This document shows, piece after piece, positions 23,993-37,268 of a stretch of 64,000 bases of DNA. Under the pieces are notes generated by a model. That model saw only the letters and a program-made list of their open reading frames with translations. It did not search any database and had not been told where the DNA came from. Location: contig NC_058376.1 in assembly GCF_018350175.1 (NCBI RefSeq), positions 137,950,001-138,014,000 of the forward strand, in the 5' to 3' direction. Both the position numbers and the translations under genes were made by a program. Numbering within the stretch: the stretch's first letter is position 1; the number at the start of each line of letters is the position of its first letter. The stretch is from Felis catus (Eukaryota).

Positions 23993-24741
23993 TGTTATGA
24001 TGGCTTTTTACTCACTGTTATCAGGAACGTGGACTTTAAGTTCCTTTGTATCATCATCACCACCTTCATCATAACCAGCATCACTATTATTTACTGAGCA
24101 CATATTATGTGCTCTTTACTGTAGAGTTTTACTCCTCTCACACACCTTGTGAAATAGTACTACTGATTTCTCTATTGGGAAGATGAGGTAAGAGATCAAA
24201 AAGGTGAAGCAATTGGCCAAGTCCACATCATGAGTAGGCGATGAAGATAAGGTAAGCTCCAAATAGTCTATCGAGTTTCAAAGATAAACACAAGGGAAGT
24301 CCTCAGGCTCACATGAAAGAAAATCCTAAGGATATCTGATATGGGGAGGGGAGGCTTCCAAATGCCAGAATTTGGGTATCAAATAGGCAAATGTTCTGGT
24401 AAGCATCCGGACAAAGTTTTAAAGACTATATTCTCATCATGTTACTGGAAGTTAAAGAATTTCCTTTGAGTCTTCAGATTCCTAGGGGTGGACCCTTATT
24501 AATTCAGAGCTTATATAAAATCCAAGTTTATATAAGTCTTATTCATACTATGTATATATCTATTTATGGATGTCCAATAGATATTTCTCTCATTTAACCA
24601 ATATTTATCCAATTCCTAGTATATGGTGGGCACTATTCCAGGGATCAGTGACAAGTGATAAACAACAACAACAAAAATCCCCATTGTCACAGAAATTACA
24701 GTCTAGTGGTGGGAAAGATAGTCAATTAAAAATGGGGAGAA

Positions 24742-24942
24742 GGGGTGCCTGGGTGGCTCAGTCGGTTAAGCGTCCGACTCATGATTTCGACTCAGGTCAT
24801 GAGCTCACAGTTCCTGAGACCAAGCCTGTGCTGATAGCACAGAGCCTGCACACAATTCTCTCTCTCCGTCTCTCTCTCTGCTACTCCCCTGCTCTTTCTC
24901 TCTCTAAAAATAAATAAATTATAAAAAACATTAATTTTTTTA
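24742..24942 (+). mobile_element. SINEC
   Basis: TSD aaatggggagaa. Confidence 0.88.
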
Positions 24943-25704
24943 AATGGGGAGAAATTATATTCCTACCCTCAGAACTTCCATCTAGTAGTGATGAGAGAGA
25001 TACTACAGAAACAAACATATAAAATAATGTCAGATTTGGGTAAGTGTTATATAGAAAACCAACACTGGAAAGAAGGCAGGCATAGTGGTGAGGTGATGGT
25101 AGCTGGTAAATTTTAATTAAAAGTGACCAATTTGAGACTGGCTTTCTTAATTTTTTCATTTACTGAGTTTATATCATTAGTTAAAACCCTTGGGAAATAT
25201 ATTAAATTTTACTCACTTCTCATGCTGATTTTTGTCAATTCAAAACAATTCTGCATGAAATGCATTAAGTTAATTTCCAAAAGAATGTAGTTAAGGGGAA
25301 AAAAGGCAATATAATAGCATTTTGCTCTGGGAGATTGAACAGTAATGTGCGATATGAATTGGACCACAGAGTGTATTCTTTAATGAAAGACACCAGAGAA
25401 AGGAGACATAACAAATCTATTTTCAGATTCAGTTGACACGGACTGCTGCTTCTCCCTAATTTGTAGTAGAACACACATCATCTCTGTTGGATTGGATGTG
25501 ACAAAATTTGGGGAAACAAAATAGAAATCATCATTTTGTGTGAACATTAGAATCAAGTTACATTGTCATCAAGAAATTTGAAGTCCTGAGAAATTATTTT
25601 TTCATGTGTCTTAGCCAAATATCATAACGTGAATAACTGAGGCATTTGCATTATGTCTATTTTATTATTTATTTATTTGATGAATTAATTATAGAAAAGT
25701 TATT

Positions 25705-26192
25705 GTTTTTTTTTAAATATAATTTATTTTCAAATTGGCTAACATCCAGTGTGTAAAGTGTGCTGTTGGTTTTGGGAGTAGATTCCCATGGTTCATCACT
25801 TATATACAACACTCAGTGCTCATCCCAACAAGTGCCCTCCTCAATGCCCATCACCCATTTTCCCCTCTCCCCCGCACCCCCATCCACCCTCAGTTTGTTC
25901 TCTGTGTTTAAGAGTCTCCTATGGTTTGCCTTTCTCCCTCTCTGTTTGTAACTATTTTTTTCCCCTTCCCTTCCACCATGGTTTTCTGTTAAGTTTCTCA
26001 AGTTCCACATATGAGTGAAAACCTATGATATCTGTCTTTCTCTGATTTCACTTACCATAATACCCTCCAGTTCCATCCACATTGCTGCATATGGCAGGAC
26101 TTCATTCTTTCTCATTGCCAAGTAGTATTCCATTGTATATATAAACCACATCTTCTTTATGCATTCATCAGTTGATACACTAATTTAGGCTT
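25705..26192 (-). mobile_element. 5'-truncated carnivore L1 (3' UTR and end of ORF2)
   Basis: T-tail, catcccaacaagtgccctcctcaatgcccatcaccc, ataccctccagttccatccacattgctgca; TSD-like aaagttatt on both sides. Confidence 0.9.
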
Positions 26193-26654
26193 GGAAAGTT
26201 ATTCTTATATGCTTATTACTTCAATACATTTATTTTGAAGAAAGCTATGATGTTATTAAAAAGAAATTTGACTTAGTTGAAAATGGAATACACTGAAAAA
26301 AATCTAAAATTCAGTATATTCACATTTAACGGAAAAATTACTAATTTTCTAGGTGTCATAAGCTGGTATTTAAAGGAAGAGAAAGAAAAGGAATAAAAAA
26401 TCATTCATTTTGGTTCCTTATATGAGAGTGAAATTAAAATGAAATCATTAGAGGTGCAGCAGTTTTTATTCTACTGTATAATCTTTATTTGACTCTACTA
26501 TTCATGATTATTCAATTACCTTGAATAAGAGCTTGCTATATAGCACTTGAATTACACAAAGTCACATGAGTGTGTGTGTCAAAAGGACAGACCTTTAAAC
26601 TGGAGTACACATGCCAATGTAGAAAAACAAATGTAGAAATGGACATTTGTTTTG

Positions 26655-27005
26655 TTTTTTTTAAGTAAGTAGGCTTCACATTCAGTGTGTGGAGCCCAAC
26701 CTGGAGCTTGAACTCACGACCAACCCTAAGATCAAGACTTGAGCTGAGGAATGCCTGGGTGGCTCAGCTGAGTCCAGTTCTTGATTTTGGTTCAGGTCGC
26801 AATCTCACAGTTTGTGAAACTGAGCCCCATGTCCGGTCTGCACTGACAGTGAGGGACCTACTTGGGATTTTCTCTCTCTCTGCCCCTCCCCCTACTCCTG
26901 TGGATGCACATGCGCACACATGTTCTCTCTCAAACCCTTAAAAGAAAAACACCTTAGCTGAGATCAAGAGTCAGACCTTAACCAACTGAGCCACCCAGGC
27001 ACCCC
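26655..27005. mobile_element. Nested SINECs: a + strand copy (26749-26950) inserted inside a - strand copy
   Basis: The host is interrupted at ...agctgag, which is duplicated (acttgagctgag / accttagctgag); the host resumes atcaagagtcagaccttaaccaactgagccacccaggcaccc. Confidence 0.82.
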
Positions 27006-28329
27006 CGCCCCCCAAAAAACAACTTTAATGTATATACTGTACGCAGCTATTGTGCTGAATTACTGTTCTAAATATCAGTCTGAATGCCCTGACCTTACTG
27101 AGGAAGCTTCAGATCATATCTTAAGTTATTTTGATAGCCAATAAATTCATTAAGATACTGAAAGATGGAGCTTTTAGAATTGTGTTCTTTTAACGATTCC
27201 CGGAAATAGAGAATTTATAATCAAGTATAAGCATTTTATAAAATTGCCCATTTCTGCCAACCCTGACCTCTCATGAATGTATACATTGCATTATTCATAG
27301 CACACTGAGAAACCTAATGAATATATGATCATATACTTGCATACTCAGTCAATGTTTTAACCAGTGGTACTGGTGGCTACACCAAGCAAATAAAAGGAAA
27401 AGACGGCTTTCTTTTTCACACACAAAATAATAATCCATAAAATCAGCCACAAAGGAAACCCATGATCTTCTAGCTCTAAACAGCATTGTATTCTACACAT
27501 CTCTGTCATTTTTAAACATTTAATATATTTGTAATATTAACTTTGAGAAGTAATTACCAAAATTTAATTCTCATTTGCCGGTCAATAAAGCGCAGAACAT
27601 ATGACATACTTAGTTTAGAAGTACATAAAGGCTAAGTACCATCCTTCTAGTATTTCCAACTACATAATAACTTTTTAGGTGAATTGCATGTATGTAATAT
27701 TATTGTGATGGCTCACATAAGTACACAAATAGTCTGCTAATCAAATTAGATGTAAATAAATCAATGTTCTCAAACCTGATATTTTCCTTTAGGACATTCT
27801 ATGACTTAAGGCTTACAAATTTTTGGATTGCTTTTTTTAAAATCTCATTTTCAGAGACAAGAAAACTGCCATTTAGAAGAAGTGTAATTAAAATATGAGT
27901 CAAGAAAATAAATCTTTTCATATACATCAGGATAATTTGTTTCATTAGCTTACAATTTCAATGGAAACAAAGCATGTTTTTCTTTTTCCTTCAGGTCCAA
28001 CGGTGCTATCAAGAGGCATTTTCGTAAAAGTCAAAGTAGATGTCTATGCCAATAGAAACCTCTAGACACATGCACATATATACAGAACAAATCACAGACA
28101 TTCTTTATGTTCCTGCAGATTGTTTCAGGATTGTGACAAGAAAGTATTTATTTTATTCTTTATTTAATTGATATTGATCAAGCACATATGAGGCATTGCG
28201 GTTGGCTAAAAATATAATAGTGAGCAAGCCAGACTTGGTTCCTATTCCTGCAGAATCAAATGGATTCAGAAAATATCTTTGTTTCCCAAGGGGAAAAATC
28301 ATAAACAATCAGATGATATCTAAAGTAAA

Positions 28330-28560
28330 TAAAATGTAATGAGTGCCCACCACATGCCTATTCTATTCAAAGGGCGTAATATCTATTAACTCTATTAACG
28401 ATCACAGCAATCTTACAAGTTAAGTTTCATTATTAGTATCCCCTGCATGTAGATAAGGAAACTGAGACACAAGGGATTTATACGACTTGTCCCAAACTGA
28501 ATAGCTACTAGAGTTTCTGGGATGGGAATCCAGCTTAGGCAGTCTTGCTCCAGAGCCTAT
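28330..28560 (-). mobile_element. MIR
   Basis: tagataaggaaactgagacac...acttgtcccaa...ggcagtcttgctccagagcc. Confidence 0.75.
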
Positions 28561-28574
28561 GATATTTAAAAAAA

Positions 28575-28803
28575 TTTTTTTCTTAATATTTAGTTTTGAG
28601 AGACAGAGAGAGAGAGAGAGAGAGCAAGCGAGCATGAGTATGAACAGGGGAGGGGCAGAGAGAGAGGGAGACAGAATCTGAAGCAGGTTCCAGGCTCCGA
28701 GCTGTCAGCACAGAGCGTGACGTGGGGCTGGAACTCACGAACCGTGAGGTCATGACCTGAGTCGAAGTTGGACGCTCAACTGACTGAGCCACTCAGACAC
28801 CCC
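28575..28803 (-). mobile_element. SINEC
   Basis: TSD cagagcc(t/c)atgat. Confidence 0.9.
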
Positions 28804-29526
28804 AGAGCCCATGATCTTAAACACCACAGGAACTTTGGGATAAGACCCTGTGAGCACAGAGCCACCAATCCACATTTTTCATGTAACTTTCAACGTGAGG
28901 TTCAGAGCATGTGTTGTGTCTCCAAGTCATCCTATTTTTTTTCCATTTGCTTGCTTTCCCTCTCCAACTTCTCTCTCCCCAAAATCTAAATTCTAGATTT
29001 TAGATGACTTTAATGGGTCACTCTCAGGGAACTTGCTTTCTTGTTAAAGGAGGAAATAGAATTTGAAGATACTCCTGATTATTTCTACAATTCCAAAACC
29101 TTGACTCCTGACTCTGTTATCTAGGCTGAATCTAAAATTTAGTCCTAACGCATTTGTCCCTGTACTTTCCTATCCTCATCTGTTATGGAGGACATGATCC
29201 ACAAAAATTCCAAATAATAACCAGAGGAAATTAAGAGAAATATAGCCGTAAACATGAAGTCATACTGGTCATTGCATCATACTGTGCATTAACAGTATAC
29301 ATTAACAATAAAGTGTTAGCCCTCACTTTCCCTAAGCATATTCATAAATATGAACAAACTCAAGCAAACACACAACACCTAAGAAATTACAAATAATTCA
29401 CCAGAAAATTTAATATTCAAAATAAAATTGGAAGGACAATTCTCCATGGGTTTTATGTTTCTGCACTTGTGAGCAAAGGGACTCCACACCTCCACACCCT
29501 CCATACTCCACACCAGAACACACGCG

Positions 29527-29959
29527 TGTTCTGGACTATCGTTGCTAGGATGTTTGTTTAGCAAACAGCCTTGTAAGTTAGATAGCGCCTCCCTCTGGGC
29601 AGAGGACAGATTTGTTTCCTGACCGGCGTAATAAAGATAATGCTCTTCTCTGGGGCCAAGGCTGTGCAGGTTTGCTAGGAGTTTCCTTTCAAAGACTGCG
29701 GTTTTGCTAAGCTCAAGGTTTCTCAGCTGTAATACAGAGCCACTGCACACTCAGTATCAATCTGTGCCTACCCCCGCATCACCCTGTGGACTTGGGAGGC
29801 AAAGCAAACCGATGTGAAAATGAAGCTCAGTGGGGCCAGTAATAAAGTCATTTATCTCTGACCTAGAAGTCTCATGTCTTTTGCCAACATCTATAAATCT
29901 GTGGTAGACTTACTTAGTGTGCAAGTGGTGTAATATTAGATCCTGTACTCTCCTTAACA
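29527..29959 (+). mobile_element. Solo ERVL LTR, LTR40-like
   Basis: TG...CA termini, ggatgtttgtttagcaaacagccttg motif, aataaagtc poly(A) signal at about 29841; about 430 bp. Confidence 0.7.
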
Positions 29960-31485
29960 CATTCCAACTGAAGAAGAGGTACATTGGTTTTGTGCATAGA
30001 GAGCAATTTTAGGAGTCTTTTGTTTGAATCTTTATCTATCTCTTGTAATCCTCAGATTTCTGGAAGAATACATAGTGAAATATAAACTTGAACTTGACAA
30101 GAAATGACCAGATGTGCAATCATATATGAAACTTACCTAGAGAAATTTCCTCAATAGCCGAAGCACGCAGACCTATTCATTGGTATGAAACCACAAAGAC
30201 ATGGCAGGTTGGCTAGACATTACAAAACACAGTCTCTCAAATTCACCAGATAAAGACACACACACTCCAACTTTGGAAAGAGTTAACCTCATCTTTCCAT
30301 CTAATCCAACTACCAGTCCGACTTATCAGAATTTCAGAATTTCAATTGGTTGCAGAGCAACCAACTTCAACTTTTCAAATTATTCAAGGACAATTAAGAT
30401 AATTATTATATATGATATTTTCATGCTTAAGTCCTACAACAGCAGAGAAATACATCACCCCTCATCACCTATCTCTCTCCTTCACATTTTTTCCCAGAGT
30501 ACTTAGTACTGCTTAAGATACTTGATATATCTCTTGTTTATTTATTGATTACCTGCCTCTCTCCATTAAAGTCAAGGAGTGTGATTGCTAGAGCTATAAT
30601 AGAATATGATACACAGTAGGTACCCAATAAATAGTGAATGAATTAATACATTAAATAGATATGCTGATTGATTTTTTTTTGCAAAATTAGTAAAGTACTG
30701 AAAAGAGTTTTATATTCTGCTTTATAAATTAAAGTATTATGAGCCTTTCCCTATGTCATTAAATATTCTTTCAAGCCATTATTTTTTATGACTATATAAA
30801 ATTCCATTTTACTAATCTACCATAAACTTAAATATTTCCTCATAGGTAGACACTTTGGCTTTTGTCCACTGTTTTCATATTATAAATGATCCTTTTTATA
30901 CTTCCATGAATATTAATCTTTGCCCATCCTAATGCTAAGTATGTACTCTCATTTCGGGGAATGCCTATATCATACAATTTTAGATGAAAACCAATTGTGC
31001 TTTAGACCTGCCCTCCCTTAGAAATTTTGGATAAATGTAATTACTTGCATTATAGATTTATTTATTTAAAAATATTCATCATTTGACTCTCACAAAGAGA
31101 AATTCCTTCACTACATTATTATAGTTTAGAAAAAAGAAAATTGAGACCAAACATCTCAGACTTAGTTCTATTATACAATGAATAGTTCAAATAGACTTTA
31201 AGGATTTCAAATGATCCTTCTGTATTATTTCCCTTTTCCAACCATTTAAGTAATTAAACATTTACATTGTTAACTCAAAATAATCTTGGATTTTAAAGTT
31301 GGATTTCTTTTTCCTCTTGTTTAAAGTTTTAACTTACTTTCTTTTTGCAAATCTTTGAGAAAGAAAGAAGCTTGAAATCGATTCTGTACTGTGAGGCTTG
31401 CACATTTTACACTGGTCCTCCCAATGTTTCTAATTCACATGTTATGCTGGAATTAACATGGTGGAAAGTGGGTCTTCCAGTTGAA

Positions 31486-31487
<2 letters not shown>

Positions 31488-31525
<38 letters not shown>
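31488..31525. repeat. (CA)n microsatellite
   Basis: Direct reading. Confidence 0.95.
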
Positions 31526-31528
<3 letters not shown>

Positions 31529-32133
31529 ACTATCACAGTAATTTATCTCCATAGTTGTGCCTCTCTGACTTTTTTGCACTTTCTGACTGAGCCATGGTGC
31601 TTATCTACAAATAATAGACCATCTCAGATTCACCACTCTTAAAATTCAGGTCCTGTTTTCCGAACGTATTATATTTTTTCTAGGCACTAAGAAGTACAAC
31701 GGCTCTTAAAAGTGCCTCTTATGATTGGGAGCTACCAACTGAATATTTGTAACAATGATCCAGAATTTTTTGTGAATGTATCCTTTGGTATGTATGATGG
31801 CACATGGGAAAACATACAGCTTAGCCTCCTAGGAAACAGAAAGGGTGGGATGGTGTGATAACGCTAACAGTTAAAGGATTTCACCTTCTTCCAAGCTCTG
31901 AGAAAAGCCCTTACAGGCAGTTAAAGCCTCTTTGTGACAAAGGCTGTCATTGGTTGGTTCCTTTTGTTTTCTTGACCACAGGGTCAAAGTCACTAAATTT
32001 CAGTGTTCCATGACCAGGCTGGCTAAATGCATCAGTCTGTAAACGGCTCGTGTGAAGGGCTAAGAAGCATGTGAAGCAATACCTGATATGTACTATTATA
32101 ATACAAGAGAACTGGAATAGGACTTAATCTAGA

Positions 32134-32355
32134 CCAGGGATTGACAACTTTTTCTGTAAAGAGCCAGATAATAAATATTTCAGGCTTGGCAGGCTATGGG
32201 GCCTCTGTTTTAAGGATTCAACTANNNNNNNNNNNNNNNNNNNNNNNNNNNNNNNNNNNNNNNNNNNNNNNNNNNNNNNNNNNNNNNNNNNNNNNNNNNN
32301 NNNNNNNNNNNNNNNNNNNNNNNNNNNNNNNNNNNNNNNNNNNNNNNNNNNNNNN
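32134..32355. mobile_element. MER58A-like hAT MITE; 3' part is N-masked
   Basis: cagggattgacaactttttctgtaaagagccagataataaatatttcaggctt start. Confidence 0.75.
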
Positions 32356-33099
32356 TACATTGGCTTCTGTTCTGACATGGTGACTAAGCACAGGTAGATC
32401 ACCTAATCATGCTGGTCCTTAAATTCACCACCTGTAAAAACATTTATAGAATTCTAGATCTTAATGTACTTAAGGATACTCCCATGTATGTCCACACAAA
32501 AAAGACAACTCCACATTGACATATAAATACTTTTGCTAAAAATCCACATGCACATGTGGGTTTGATGTGTTTCTTCAGTGACTTCAAAGGTACCTTTTGA
32601 GTATCCAATCAGAAAAGTGTTGTCCAAAACATGCGTCTATCAATTTCTAGCTTCATGAACATAGGCAAATTAATTTCTGCCTTTATATCTCCTTTTTGTA
32701 AAACGGGGATAATTAAAATTATTAAAAACAAAATTATTCTAACTGCCTGTGTAACTGAGGTGTTCAAATCCAGGTAGCCCCAAGTTATTTAATCTTTCAG
32801 TCCGCTCATTCATAAGCAAGTATCTTGAGGTCCATCTTAATGTGGCGGAATGCTCCAAATTCTCAGGAGTATCTCCAAAAGCTGGAAGTGGAGATAGAGT
32901 TTTCCTATATGTTTCCTCACTGTAACTATGTCCCTGTTAGCTCCTACAAAGGACATCCTTTCTCATTGGTCTGCTTTTGTTCACACTATAGATTATCCCT
33001 CATCTTCAATTTTCCTAAAGCTCTCTTGTTTAAAGTGTTATAAACAATTAAGGGGTACACAGAGTAAATTTTAGCATGAGGAATGAAGTATGGTACCAG

Positions 33100-33215
33100 A
33101 GAAGTTGGAGTAGGAAGAGGCGGAAGTGAAAGAAAAAGAGAAGAGGAAGGAGGGAGAAGAGGAGGAAGAAGAGAGGAAGGCAGGGAGGAGAAGGAAGAGA
33201 AAAAAAGAAGGAAAA

Positions 33216-33255
<40 letters not shown>

Positions 33256-33282
33256 CATTGTCGTCGTCATCATCATCATCAT
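33100..33282. repeat. GA-rich low-complexity tract followed by (ATT)n/(GTC)n/(ATC)n triplets
   Basis: Direct reading; explains the poly-I/L/N/D ORFs in the track. Confidence 0.95.
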
Positions 33283-33569
33283 TTCCCATCACTGGGAATT
33301 CCATGGGTTATTTCCCTCTCTTTTCTAGTCCTCCCGCCATGTCCTCAGGCTCCTCTTTCTTGCTAAACCATTATTACATCTCTTTATTTTCTCTCTTCCC
33401 ACACATATCCCACTTTCCACAACCAAACAAAAATTTTCTCGCTTTACTATGCAGAACAAGTCAGCTCTTCTTTGAAGCTACGTTCTTAAAATCTCCTTGT
33501 AAGTCAAGATGCATTTTGTGGCATTGTCATCCCAACCTCATTCAGTCAGCAGTACTCACTAGTTAAGAA

Positions 33570-34085
33570 AAAACCTCTGGGCATACACTGAAAAGATTTG
33601 AAAGCAGAGACTTGAACAGATATCTGTACACNNNNNNNNNNNNNNNNNNNNNNNNNNNNNNNNNNNNNNNNNNNNNNNNNNNNNNNNNNNNNNNNNNNNN
33701 NNNNNNNNNNNNNNNNNNNNNNNNNNNNNNNNNNNNNNNNNNNNNNNNNNNNNNNNNNNNNNNNNNNNNNNNNNNNNNTACAACATGGATGAACGCTGAA
33801 AACATCTTAAATGAAACAAACCAGATACAAAAGGACAAACATTGTACCCTTAGACACAGATTATAGAATGTGGTCCCAGGGGCTTCAGAGAGGATAGGGG
33901 GAACGAGGAATTGTTATTTAATAGATAAAGAGTTTCAGATTTGCAAGATAAAGAAGTTCTGGAGGTGGATGATGGGGGTGATGGTTGCACAACAGTGTGA
34001 ATACACTCACTGCCACCAAACTATACCTTTAGAAATAGCTAAAATAGCAAATTTTATATGACGTATACTTTAGCACTACAAATAA
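33570..34085 (+). mobile_element. Old L1 (L1MA/MB-type) 3' end, partly N-masked
   Basis: gaaagcagagacttgaacagatatctgtacac...tacaacatggatgaac...gagtttcagatttgcaagataaagaagttctggaggtggatg. Confidence 0.85.
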
Positions 34086-34785
34086 GACAAAATAGAGAAA
34101 ATCCATTTGATTTTCAAAAGCCAATGTATTTGAATTCTGAGAGTTGAACTTCTGAGTATAAGTTCTAAAGGCCACAGTGTATAAAGTCCCCACCATAACA
34201 AGACAGAATGAGAAAAATACAGGTTCATGGCAAAGCCGTTTTTCTCATGTCAATGGATAACAGCATTTTCTAGGCTGAGGAGGGCAGCACAGAGTGAGAG
34301 AAGACAAAAACTTAGTGTTTGTTGGTAAATAAGAAGAGTCAACCTGAGAAGCAGGAAGACAGGGCCACCATGTGCTTTGTTGGGAAAGTAGAGAAAAGGA
34401 GACCTATTTTAGCTTCATCCCCCACCAACACCCCAACACCAAGAAAGGCCAGTAACACAGCATGAGCCCAGAGCTTGCTTGTGCCCCTCAGAGTTCAGAA
34501 GCAAAATATATTTCTGCATGGGCAGGTAGAAAGGATCTAAACAAATGACTGAGTCAATGTCATGGAATTACTCTGAGTCAATGTCATGGAATGCTCTGGT
34601 GATGCAAAATTCAGTAGAATGTCTTCTCATTTGCATTAGATTATCATTGAACCTATTATGGCCTAAGACAGCCCCGCCAATTTTCCAAGTGTCATGGAGA
34701 AATGACTGGATTTATTTCAAGATCCTTCATAGTATGTAGAAGTGGCCAGAAGTGAAGTAACCTGCAGAGACCCTACTGTTTAGAA

Positions 34786-34975
34786 ATGTGCTGTCCAACA
34801 CAGCCACAAGCTGTGTACCATTCTTTACAGATTAAAATTAAATACAACCAAATACTCAGGTACTCTGTTGCATGAGCCACATTTCAGGTGCTCAGTAGCC
34901 ACACATGGCTAGTGGCCACAGAATTAGAGCATATACATTTCCAACATCATAGGAAGTTCCGTTGGACAACACTGT
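34786..34975. mobile_element. MER3-like hAT-Charlie MITE
   Basis: Terminal inverted repeats gtgctgtccaa / ttggacaacac; internal agccacatttcaggtgctcagtagccacacatggctagtggc. Confidence 0.8.
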
Positions 34976-36825
34976 TTTGGAATGAAAAGCTATAATAGCA
35001 ATCTATGTGGCTGAACAACAAAGAATCCTATGGACTACACAGGGTGTATCCCACCTTTTGCAAACGTGAACAGGAAGAACAAAGAACAAGATGTCTCCTG
35101 CCTTCTGACATTTTTAAAGCACCCGAAATATAAATATAATCCAGGAAAGCAGGAAGATTCTAAATTAAACTTAAATTGTATTTTTACCACACAGAGAATT
35201 GAAGTTAAAAATAGATACCAAGTTCAGTTTTTAAAAAATGGGAAGTTTCCTACGTGCATAGCCTTATGAATTAAAATTTGTACCACATCACACATAAATC
35301 ACACTGTCCTAAGATAAACAGGCTACACTAGTGTGTGAAAGTGACTGTAGCCTCTTTCTAAGGTAAGATTTTATTCTTATCACCATCTATATGAAATGCT
35401 CAATGTGGTGCCTAGTTTATAGGCCTGGTTTATAGACGGCACTCAAAAATGATGGCGTTTCTGATTATTACTGTCTAAACACATCTCGTTCTAAACACAC
35501 AAAAGCATGTATTTGAGAAGGAAAACTTCCATATCGAAAAACAACAAAACCATCTTGGAGAATAAGCAGCCAAGAAGAGCTGCGAGGACGTGAAGTCCTC
35601 TAGGTCACAACACTTGGCATGTCTCTGAGGCAATGGTCCCTGAGAAAGTTTTGTGAATTCCAAATTAGAGAATATGCCAGGTTCTTGCACCCACTGGCAG
35701 TGCTGGAACTGGCAACAGCTGTGCCATCAAATTCACACTAATCAGTTAACAGTCGTCCAAATCAAATTGCAGCCAAGGTTGTTAGAGTCGTTGATAAAAT
35801 AAGTGGTTGCTGAGAGGGAGGCGGTGCACGCCGGTGAGCTCGCACTAGCAGCTGGGACTGGGGGTGTGAATGAAGAGGCACAGGAAGTAGAGGTCAGTAG
35901 AGACCTTGGCGACCTACACAGGTGCAGAAGCCAGTAGAACTAACTTACTGACCCTTTCGTCTCTAACCCTCCTCATGGCGGGGGTTCTTAACTGCAGCTG
36001 ACAAATAAGACAGGATAAGTGAGCAAATGGACCTCAGAAGTATTACTCCTGACGTACAGCCTCTGTTTTGAAGGTGGGCGCAGGGCTTACAAATAAATAA
36101 CCGGCAGGCCAAAACTGGGGGAGTTGAGAAAAATAAAGCTATTAAATTAGCTAGTTGGTACAAATTCTACAGAAGTAGGTGTGACCTAAGAGTTTTTGGA
36201 AAAGCTGAAGTTGCCTTCAGCCCCCACCTACTTCCAAGGCAGCCAGCCACCGGCCCTCAGCAGCGGCCAAGTTGAACACATCAGTCCCTGCATGGCAGAA
36301 GGAAAGACGGAAAGAAGGGCAAAGATAAAGCAACTTCGTTCCAACTATTTTTTTCTCCCTCATTGTGACGTCACAGTGGCTGGGTCTTGTTTCAAATTTG
36401 GCTTTTCTAGGTCCATGTTCAACATTAGGAACAGAGAAATTTGTACATTAACAAAACTTAGCCCACGACTCTTTCACTAGCAAGGGTTTTAGTTCTTGCA
36501 TTTGATTAGTTGATAAGTTATGGGTGAATTTCGAATGTATCTTCTACTTGGAAGGGCAGTCAACTCCGAGAACGGAGTTTAAAGGACTATCTTATAAAGC
36601 TCAGAGAAGTGCAGTCCCAGTTTACAGGGATGGAGAAGATCTACAAGGAGAGTGGCTACCAACAGCCACAGGACCAAATAATTTTTTTTAGGAAGGAAAA
36701 ATTTGGGAACATTTTTAAAATTGTTTTTCTTTTCCAAAATTGCGGAAGACTATATAATTTGGGGGTGTGGAGATAAGCCATGGAAGCAGACGCAGTCATG
36801 GATTTGGTTATGTTTGAGAAAATGA

Positions 36826-37043
36826 GAAATGCATGGGTGGATCAGTTAAGCCTCCGACTCTTGATCTTGGCTCAGGTCATGATCCCGCAGATTGTGGGTT
36901 TGAGCCCTGCATTAGGCTCTGCACTGACAGCACAGAGCCTGCTTGGGATTCTCTCTCCCTCTCTCTCTGCCCCTCCCTGCTCATGGTCCCTCATGCGTGC
37001 TCTCTCACTCTCTCTCAAAATAAAGAAACATTAAAAAAAAAAA
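36826..37043 (+). mobile_element. SINEC (older)
   Basis: Degenerate head aaatgcatgggtggatcagttaagcc; CT region; A tail. Confidence 0.85.
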
Positions 37044-37049
37044 TGAAGA

Positions 37050-37268
37050 GGGGTGCCTGGGTGGCTCAGTCGGTTAAGCGGCCGACTTCGGCTCAGGTCA
37101 TGATCTCGCGGTCCGTGAGTTCGAGCCCCACGTCAGGCTCTGTGCTGACAGCTCAGAGCCTGGAGCCTGTTTCAGATTCTGTGTCTCCCTCTCTCTGACC
37201 CTCCCCCATTCATGCTCTGTCTCTCTCTGTCTCACAAATAAATAAACGTTAAAAAAATTAAAAAAAAA
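37050..37268 (+). mobile_element. SINEC inserted at the tail of the previous copy
   Basis: TSD aaaaaatgaaga; CpG-rich head. Confidence 0.92.

Noticed and set aside
27975-28000. Strong plus-strand acceptor-like sites (also at about 22495 and 48150)
   Set aside because: Antisense to the gene, with no matching donor or ORF identified; expected by chance in 64 kb.
32986-33566. ORFs with poly-I, poly-L, poly-N and poly-D runs
   Set aside because: Translations of a GA-rich tract and triplet microsatellites.
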